Assembly (NCBI RefSeq): GCF_000255655.1
Contig: NZ_JH636436.1
Location: 654,985-718,984, forward strand
Origin: Schlesneria paludicola DSM 18645
GTDB taxonomy: Bacteria; Planctomycetota; Planctomycetia; Planctomycetales; Planctomycetaceae
Direction of reading: 5' to 3'
DNA: 64,000 nucleotides
The notes below the pieces were generated by a model. That model saw nothing but the letters and a program-made list of their open reading frames with translations. It had not been told where the DNA came from and did not search any database. Of this stretch, positions 57,181 through 64,000 are shown in pieces; the stretch's first letter is position 1; every line of letters starts with the position of its first letter. A program made the translations under genes and the position numbers.

Positions 57181-59109
57181 ATGCGTGATCGCCTGCGAAT
57201 TATCGTCATTTCATGCGTGATGATAATGATCGCTTTGGGAGTTGTGGGATCGCTCTATCAGTCGATGCCACAAAGGCCGACAGCAAGCAAGTCACCGGCA
57301 GGCACGGCGGCTAGGGGCAAGTTTCGCCATCAGAATTTCGAGAAATATACGCTGTGGTGGGACCAGATTCCGGAGCGACTGCGAAAAGAAGGCTGTCCTC
57401 CCGGGACTCAGGCCAATATTCATCCCCAAGACTACGCTGGCCCGGAAGCCTGTAAAAACTGTCACAAGAAGCAGTACGAGTCGTGGTCAAAGCATCCGCA
57501 CCGTTGGATGAACTCACTTGTTGAGAATACGACTGTCCGCGGCAATTTCAATGATCATCGGATGTCGTACCTCGGTGGTGATGTGACGTTCTACAAAGCG
57601 GCCGATACTTATCGCATGCGTCTGGAACGAGACGACGTCCGTCGGGAATTCGTGGTTCAACAAACGATCGGATCTCGCTACTTCCAGTATTACGTCGGCA
57701 AGCAGCTTGAGGGACCTGAGCCGTCCGATCATCCGCTCTATTTCGAAGACCATGTTCTGCCATTGGGGTATTGGTTGGATCGTGAAGAGTGGGTGCCGAC
57801 CGTACATATCGGCGAAGAGTTCCGCGAGGGAGAAAGGCCTGATCCGTTTGTGCAACGACCTGCATATTCAGGCAATCTCACGGAGTATGCCGATAAGACG
57901 ATCGACTTGTATCGCAGTCAATGTAACTTTTGTCACACCACATTCGCCATTGGTGATATGTTTGTGCGTTTCCAGCGAACTTTCGGTCGGCACATCCCGG
58001 TGCAGCTTGACGTCTCGTTATCGGAATATGTGCAGAGCTCGCGGCCGGAAATGTGGCCCGAAGGACGCAAGCCGTATGACATGGCCGACGAGGAATTCGC
58101 GAAGATCCTTCAAGAATTCCACGGACTCGATGCGAGAAAGCACGCGGTTACTTTGGGGATCAGTTGTGAAGCATGTCATCTGGGGGCGAAAGACCATGCG
58201 GAAGGACGGTTGAAGAGACCCAGGTTCTTTCCGACAGGTTCTGAAGTGGTCACGCGTACGACGACATTGACCTGCGATCTCGGACGAACTCATGACAACG
58301 TAAACTGGGCCTGCGGACGCTGTCACGCTGGCGAAAGGCCGCAGTATGCCAATGGAACCTCGACCTGGAATTCGACGGAATACTCCGACGCCATGCGAGG
58401 TAGTTGCTATTCTCAATTGACCTGTATCAAGTGTCACGATCCACACGAGTCCATTGGTCAAGAATGGTCTCAGACCCCAGCCAAAGACGACGCAAGTTGT
58501 CTGAGCTGCCATCAGAAGTTTGAAGCGGAGACAGCCCGCATCGCACATACACATCATCCGCTGGATCATGAGGGTTCACGGTGTATGAACTGTCACATGC
58601 CGCGGATCAATGAGGGCCTTCAGGAAGTCGTGCGTACGCATACTATCTTCTCGCCGACGAATCGCGTCATGATTGAGACGAATCAGTTGAACGCGTGTAA
58701 CCTTTGTCACCCAGAGCAACCAATCGACTGGACGTTGACGCATTTGAAGAGATGGTATGGCACGACGTTTCAGCAACGAGCGATCGACACGAGTTATCCG
58801 AATCGGAATCTGCCGGTGGCAATTGGTTGGCTGAAGAGTGATCGTGAAGCGGTTCGATTGGTTGCCGCGGATGCGATCACCAGGACCGATGCCCGCTGGG
58901 CGCTACCCGACCTGATTGGTGCACTGGATGATCCGTTCATACTCAATCGCCAGTTCGCTCGAATCGGACTGGAGAAAATGCTGAAGGTGAAGCTGAGCGA
59001 TTTTGGTTACCAGTTTTATCAGTCGCGAGACGAGCGGGTTGTTCCATTGCGAAAAATGAAGGAACAACTCATCCCTGCTACAGTCGACGTCGATGCGGAA
59101 CGCCGCTAG
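57181..59109 (+). CDS. Multihaem cytochrome c (8 CxxCH) with N-terminal membrane anchor and HEAT-like C-terminus
   Basis: Eight CxxCH motifs (CKNCH, CNFCH, CEACH, CGRCH, CIKCH, CLSCH, CMNCH, CNLCH); N-terminal TM helix. Confidence 0.8.
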   Translation: MRDRLRIIVISCVMIMIALGVVGSLYQSMPQRPTASKSPAGTAARGKFRHQNFEKYTLWWDQIPERLRKEGCPPGTQANIHPQDYAGPEACKNCHKKQYESWSKHPHRWMNSLVENTTVRGNFNDHRMSYLGGDVTFYKAADTYRMRLERDDVRREFVVQQTIGSRYFQYYVGKQLEGPEPSDHPLYFEDHVLPLGYWLDREEWVPTVHIGEEFREGERPDPFVQRPAYSGNLTEYADKTIDLYRSQCNFCHTTFAIGDMFVRFQRTFGRHIPVQLDVSLSEYVQSSRPEMWPEGRKPYDMADEEFAKILQEFHGLDARKHAVTLGISCEACHLGAKDHAEGRLKRPRFFPTGSEVVTRTTTLTCDLGRTHDNVNWACGRCHAGERPQYANGTSTWNSTEYSDAMRGSCYSQLTCIKCHDPHESIGQEWSQTPAKDDASCLSCHQKFEAETARIAHTHHPLDHEGSRCMNCHMPRINEGLQEVVRTHTIFSPTNRVMIETNQLNACNLCHPEQPIDWTLTHLKRWYGTTFQQRAIDTSYPNRNLPVAIGWLKSDREAVRLVAADAITRTDARWALPDLIGALDDPFILNRQFARIGLEKMLKVKLSDFGYQFYQSRDERVVPLRKMKEQLIPATVDVDAERR

Positions 59110-59172
59110 TTCCGAGTTTCTCAGATCGGTTCTGACGTTGGTCTCTGCGGAGGGCGGATGCCACTTCAGCGG

Positions 59173-60381
59173 TCACGCTCCTTGAAAGAGTTCCAAGCCC
59201 TCAAACGGTCCTCCCAGGATCTTGTGTGACGGAATCTTGAACCATTGTTCGAGGATGCTTGCATAGACTTGGCGGAAGTCTGTTTGCACTCTCAGATCAC
59301 CATCCTCCAAGTCGGTCAGCGATGGCGTGAGGCCGACGAGGCCACCTTTGACGGGCATCCCGGCGACGAAGACCGGGCCGGCGGTGCCATGATCTGTCCC
59401 CTCAGAGTCATTTTCGGTGACACGTCGACCGAACTCGCTGAACGCCAGAACGACGACTCGATCGTCGAGCTTCGCCGCACGCAAATCCTCCAGAAACGCT
59501 TGCAGGCTTGTTGAGAACTCGCGAAGCAGACGTCCATGCGTATTGAGCTGTGAGGAATGCGTGTCGTAACCGGATTGAATGGCATAGAACACTCGGGCGG
59601 GTGAATTTCCTTGAATGAGCTGCGAGACCAATTTCAGCTGTGAGGCCAGCTTGCTGTCCGGATATTTCGCGGTTTTTGTGTTGTCGGATTGGCTTCGCCT
59701 GACAAACGCGTCCGCATTGTGGAGGGTGGACGCAACCTGGCGGGCGGCAAAGTCTCGCAAGGTTGCGTCATTGGATGTCGTCACCAGCGGGTGCGTGTTC
59801 AACGCGTCCAGGTCCAGCACAAGATCCGCCGAGTCTTTCATCGAAATTGCGGTGGACCGCTTGCCCCATAGGGCCAGCGGTGTTTCCTGTTCGCCGACAT
59901 GAACCGCATCAGCCGCGGGGATCTCAGACGTTGTGTTCACCGACATGTCCAGAGCTCGACCGAGCCACCCATCTTCGCTCAGTCGCAGTTCATCGCGATA
60001 GCCACTTTCCCAAATTCGCATGCTCGTGAAATGAGATCGATCCGGGTTGGGATAGCCAACACCTTGCACGATCGAGAGTCGTCCGTCTCTAAACAGTTCT
60101 GCTGCCGCTTTCATCTCATGATGAAGTGCGACCTGATCGCTGAGTTTGTGCAAATCATCTGTCTTCAGCCGCAGTTTCGATCGAACGCGGGCATAGGCGT
60201 CATCCTGGTACGGGACGACGGTATTGATGCCATCGTTGCCGCCGTCCATTTGAATCACGACCAGCACCGGGGCATCCTTGGTTGGCCCCGCTGCGAGTGC
60301 GGTGCGATTGAAAATACTGGGAACCCAGGGCGAGAGCGTGATCAGCGAGCTGGTCTTGAGGAAGCTACGTCGTGAAAGCAT
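59173..60381 (-). CDS. DUF1501 (sulfatase-like) domain protein, Tat signal
   Basis: MLSRRSFLKTSSLITL twin-arginine leader; DUF1501-like length and content. Confidence 0.75.
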   Translation of the reverse strand: MLSRRSFLKTSSLITLSPWVPSIFNRTALAAGPTKDAPVLVVIQMDGGNDGINTVVPYQDDAYARVRSKLRLKTDDLHKLSDQVALHHEMKAAAELFRDGRLSIVQGVGYPNPDRSHFTSMRIWESGYRDELRLSEDGWLGRALDMSVNTTSEIPAADAVHVGEQETPLALWGKRSTAISMKDSADLVLDLDALNTHPLVTTSNDATLRDFAARQVASTLHNADAFVRRSQSDNTKTAKYPDSKLASQLKLVSQLIQGNSPARVFYAIQSGYDTHSSQLNTHGRLLREFSTSLQAFLEDLRAAKLDDRVVVLAFSEFGRRVTENDSEGTDHGTAGPVFVAGMPVKGGLVGLTPSLTDLEDGDLRVQTDFRQVYASILEQWFKIPSHKILGGPFEGLELFQGA

Positions 60382-60426
60382 GGTCCGTCTTCCTTTGTGA
60401 TGATTCGGAGTTCGATGAGCAGGCCG

Positions 60427-61803
60427 TCATGCCTGGTAGTGAACCGCATGCGAGAGCAGCAGCGCAGTGGCCAGGGACAGGGGGGTGGTCGACTTCGCTT
60501 CGTGGGCCGTCCTCGCGACTTCGACGATGATCGAAGGTTCGGCATGGCCCCAAAACAACTGGGCGAGCCACGCCGTGCCGTTTTCCAAATCAGCGCTCTG
60601 CCCATGTTGTCGGCACAGTTCGGTCAAGCGAATCTCGCGAGCGGGATTCCAAAGCGCCCCGGCAATCAGGGCGGCGGCAAAATTGGATCGAGCGACGATC
60701 ATGCTGGACGCCAACCAACTGCGGCCCTCTTTCCAGCCACCGACGTTGGGGGGATAGAACAGGTCTTGTCCGATGCGTGTGGTCCAGTCGGCCAGCATCA
60801 GCGTGTTGACGCCAGATTTGTCGAGTTCCAGTGACCGCATGGCGCCCACCACAAATTCAACAGGTCCAAGGACCCTACTGTGCAATTGGGACGCCGAAAA
60901 GAATGTCTCTGAACGGACCACTTTGTCCACAGCCCAATCAATATCAAGCTGACGGAAACGCAGACCGTCGGCGAGTTGCTGGATCGCCGCTGCGGGGGCA
61001 GGCTCGCCTAGAAAGATCTGGCCGATTCGCCATGCCAGCCTCTGGGCCGTTGCAGGTTGTTGAAGCAGAATCTGCAGGACGTCATCGCCCCCGAATGAGC
61101 CGCTGACATTCAGCACCCGTTTGACACCCTCGTCATGGCGCGAGCTGCGATTCACAAAGTGATCGCGAGTCACTCCCCAGCCGGTCAGCGCACGGGCGAC
61201 GTCTTTGACGTCGTCTTCCGTGTAATTTCCGACGCCCAACGTGAAGAGCTCCATCAACTCACGGGCTAGATTTTCGTTTGGTCTTCCTTTGTTGTTCGAA
61301 TCGGCGTCGAGCCAGACGAGAAGGGCGGGATGTTTGACAACGGCACAGAGTAAATCCCCGAACCGTCCGCGCCCGCGCTGGCGAAACAGTTCGTTCTGTT
61401 CGCTCATCAGTGTCAGGTCGTTCACTTTGCGATTACTGGTGGCGAAATGGTTGTGCCACATCAGCGTCAGTCGCTCGGTGAGCGGATCGGGTGAGGTCAA
61501 CATTTGATAGAGCCACCACGCTTTCAAGCGGGCGGGTGAATCCGAGCGCGTTGCCGCATTCAACAAGGTCTCGGTAACGGTCGTGCGCTCCGGTGTGTTC
61601 GTTGAGCGGACGTCGTTCAGAATCCGATCGATTGCGGCTTTGGGGCCTGCTTGCAGGTCGCGCTGCAATTCCGGCCAACTCGCCGAGAATCCGGTACGAC
61701 GGTGAAGATGCACCACACGCTCCAAGTTCCACGGCAATTCGGGCGAAGGCACGTACGGTTTCCAGAGAGAAGCGTCCACCGTCGTTGAGAGTGAGTCTGT
61801 CAT
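60427..61803 (-). CDS. DUF1800-family protein (usual partner of DUF1501)
   Basis: 458-aa ORF immediately upstream of, and co-oriented with, the DUF1501 gene; assignment by context and length. Confidence 0.55.
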   Translation of the reverse strand: MTDSLSTTVDASLWKPYVPSPELPWNLERVVHLHRRTGFSASWPELQRDLQAGPKAAIDRILNDVRSTNTPERTTVTETLLNAATRSDSPARLKAWWLYQMLTSPDPLTERLTLMWHNHFATSNRKVNDLTLMSEQNELFRQRGRGRFGDLLCAVVKHPALLVWLDADSNNKGRPNENLARELMELFTLGVGNYTEDDVKDVARALTGWGVTRDHFVNRSSRHDEGVKRVLNVSGSFGGDDVLQILLQQPATAQRLAWRIGQIFLGEPAPAAAIQQLADGLRFRQLDIDWAVDKVVRSETFFSASQLHSRVLGPVEFVVGAMRSLELDKSGVNTLMLADWTTRIGQDLFYPPNVGGWKEGRSWLASSMIVARSNFAAALIAGALWNPAREIRLTELCRQHGQSADLENGTAWLAQLFWGHAEPSIIVEVARTAHEAKSTTPLSLATALLLSHAVHYQA

Positions 61804-62114
61804 GATTGAGGACTAACCTCTTGGGATGATCGATCGCGAGCCCCGTAGCACAGCCACTCTGTCCTGGCAGGCTCACCAGCATCGAGGGCTGGATTGTTGG
61901 CCTGCGCCCAACGAATTCATCAACGTGCCAATTCCGATTTGAATCTTCACTGGCGGCCTCTTGCAATCATGGGGACTGCTTCCGCACAGGTTCGAGACCG
62001 CCATCGTTTCTTGAATATCGAGGCGCCTGTCCGCTTTATTTGAACTGGCCAACAGTCGATTCGCGGATTGTCTCCAGACCGATAAGACCCGTTCTGCACA
62101 CCGAGCCGCTTTGG

Positions 62115-63953
62115 TCATCCACCTTTCGTGCCGGGGGCAGATCTCATCTGTTCTTTGAACTTTTCAGTAAAGGTTTTTTCATCGGCGATGCGAATATCGC
62201 CCAGATCAAGGACTTCACCCGCCTTCACTTTAATGACCACATCCAATGGTGCATAAATCTGTTTGCTGAGGTCTTTGCCTTCGCGGGAAAGCACGCGAAT
62301 GCGGTATTCTTGACCGGGGATCAGGTGCTTCAGTTCGAAGCGGCCTTGCGAGTCATTGAACAAGTTGGATCGATGTCGTCTGAAGTCGCCTGGTGGAAGA
62401 GGTGGTGCCTGGAGTGATTGTCGCATCTCGCCGTTCGAATCGTCTCGTCTTGGAGTCCAGCTCAGCAGTTGCAGATTGGGAATCGGATCATTGTGTTCGT
62501 CCACAATGCGTCCTGTCGCATTTCCCGCAGGTGCTAGTTTCACGACAAGGGGACTCGTCACCGGTCCCGTTATAAGGATTTGTGCCGCGAGTGACTTCTC
62601 GCGATCGAAGAACGCCACAGTTCGCGGGACTGCGGCGTCATAGCCGAGGATTTCAAACTGTCCGTCAGGATCCACCTGATCCCAGGCCGCGGCAAACTCT
62701 TTAATCTTTCCGCTGTACGCTGCGGTTGAAAGCGGCTTGCCTGATTCATCAACGACATGCCCCTTCAAGTTATTTCCTGCATCCAAGGTCAGGTCGAGTT
62801 GGATTTCATGCTGATCCAGCGACGGGTCGATCTCTTTGACGAAGTGGAAACTGGATGGCATGCAATAGGATGGTCGAGTTTCAAAATACGGGACTTCCGA
62901 GGAAGCTTTCTTACCCGTTTTGATCGTGTCCGCTCCTGCACCGCGCGGATACTTCTGATGCTGCTCTGCCTGAAAAGCAATGATGCCAGGTCCGGGTGCG
63001 ACGACAAGCCGGAATCGTCCTTGGTTGTCGGCTCGTAGCGATTGCCGTTCGTCGACCTGGCCGCGTTCCCCCGCTTTGTTGTCCCGGAACGTGAATGGTT
63101 CGAAATGGCCCGCCAAACCTTCTCCCGATTGCTTGTCGGTGACGCGTCCCGTAATCCAAACACCCGGTTGCAATTCAAAATCCACCTTCAGTGGATCTGC
63201 GGAGGCTGTCGTCTTGGTCTGCTTGCTGGTTGAGAGATAGGCTCGGTCCGAAGGGGAAATGACACCAATTCGGTTGTCCGCTCCAATTGGCATTCCTTCC
63301 AGTCGAAAACGTCCTTCCGAATCGGCCACAGTTCGAACGAAATCCTGGCCCCATCCGTTGATCGGGTGACCGTGTCGCTTTTGACTGAGGACGACTGCAC
63401 CCGGGATCGGCTGTTTCGAGATTTTGTCGACGATGGTGCCCACGATTGGCTGGGAGGGCCCTGCCACATGGATCAACTGACTCGGGTGATAAAGTTCCTT
63501 CCTCATATCTCCGCGGGCCCATTCATTCGGCATCTCGATCGGTTTGCCAGGTTGAGTTCTGGCGTAGATCAAGTCGGATTGAATGCCGGGGCCTTCGATC
63601 AAGAGTTGGACGATTCGATCGCGCCCAATTCCACGCAACACAAATTTGCCTTGTGCATCGGTGAGCCCCGGCGTGATGAGGGAACGGACTTGAGGGCCGT
63701 TCATTTGTTTTGAAAGAGCTTGATTCGTGGAATAGAAATCGGCGCGTTCTTCGGTGGTCTTCTTTTGCCACTCCTCCAAGCGTTCGTCCGCGCCCGTCCT
63801 GGCTTGAATCAACAGGACCTTGGCACCGACCACTGGCTGGCCGTCGATATTCAGGATTTGACCTTCGATCGGTTGGTCGTCGGGTTTCAATTGGAGTGGT
63901 TGGCCCGCCGACTCGAGCACTTTCAATTGGGCTTCCCGATACGGATCAGGCAA
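62115..63953 (-). CDS. Protein with repeated carboxypeptidase-regulatory-like (CarboxypepD_reg) domains
   Basis: At least five G-x-[IV]-x-D-x-x-G-x-P-[IV]-x-[GN]-A motifs. The N-terminus is near the window end, so the start is uncertain. Confidence 0.55.
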   Translation of the reverse strand: MPDPYREAQLKVLESAGQPLQLKPDDQPIEGQILNIDGQPVVGAKVLLIQARTGADERLEEWQKKTTEERADFYSTNQALSKQMNGPQVRSLITPGLTDAQGKFVLRGIGRDRIVQLLIEGPGIQSDLIYARTQPGKPIEMPNEWARGDMRKELYHPSQLIHVAGPSQPIVGTIVDKISKQPIPGAVVLSQKRHGHPINGWGQDFVRTVADSEGRFRLEGMPIGADNRIGVISPSDRAYLSTSKQTKTTASADPLKVDFELQPGVWITGRVTDKQSGEGLAGHFEPFTFRDNKAGERGQVDERQSLRADNQGRFRLVVAPGPGIIAFQAEQHQKYPRGAGADTIKTGKKASSEVPYFETRPSYCMPSSFHFVKEIDPSLDQHEIQLDLTLDAGNNLKGHVVDESGKPLSTAAYSGKIKEFAAAWDQVDPDGQFEILGYDAAVPRTVAFFDREKSLAAQILITGPVTSPLVVKLAPAGNATGRIVDEHNDPIPNLQLLSWTPRRDDSNGEMRQSLQAPPLPPGDFRRHRSNLFNDSQGRFELKHLIPGQEYRIRVLSREGKDLSKQIYAPLDVVIKVKAGEVLDLGDIRIADEKTFTEKFKEQMRSAPGTKGG

Positions 63954-64000
63954 ATTCGCCGCGAGTTTCCGGAGTTCGTTGACCGCTGATCCACTCGTTT

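Overview
High-GC bacterial window with Planctomycetota-like gene content (DUF1501/DUF1800 pair, Tat-signal Gfo/Idh/MocA oxidoreductases, LCCL/EF-hand secreted protein). Its most unusual content is a roughly 6.6-kb array of about 30 tRNA and tRNA-like genes with embedded HNH-endonuclease, DinB-like and Rnl2-like RNA-ligase genes. Contents in order: a complete nuoA-nuoM complex I operon on the minus strand (1-13029, nuoM cut by the window start); a polysaccharide-synthesis cluster (13.3-20.0 kb) with a glycosyltransferase, an O-antigen-ligase-like protein, a Wzx flippase and a bi-domain oxidoreductase; glnA with a putative sigma54 promoter; two Tat-signal Gfo/Idh/MocA oxidoreductases with an ApbE flavin transferase; bcp; a plus-strand tRNA-Val; an SPFH protein. 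The tRNA array (32.96-39.6 kb, minus strand) includes several atypical members: class-I-like tRNAs with leucine anticodons, tRNAs with C33 in the anticodon loop, and a tRNA-Ser(CGA)-like gene carrying a 50-nt insertion. The Rnl2-like ligase in the array appears frameshifted by a 14-bp tandem duplication. Downstream lie an AT-rich 2OG-oxygenase-like gene and a complete group 1h-type [NiFe]-hydrogenase locus (small and large subunits, NifU-like and accessory ORFs, maturation protease, hypABCDEF; 41.8-55.6 kb) interrupted by a 3-copy MITE-like element. The window ends with cyclase, multihaem cytochrome c, DUF1501/DUF1800 and CarboxypepD_reg-repeat genes. All calls are from reading the sequence and the ORF translations; no searches were run.
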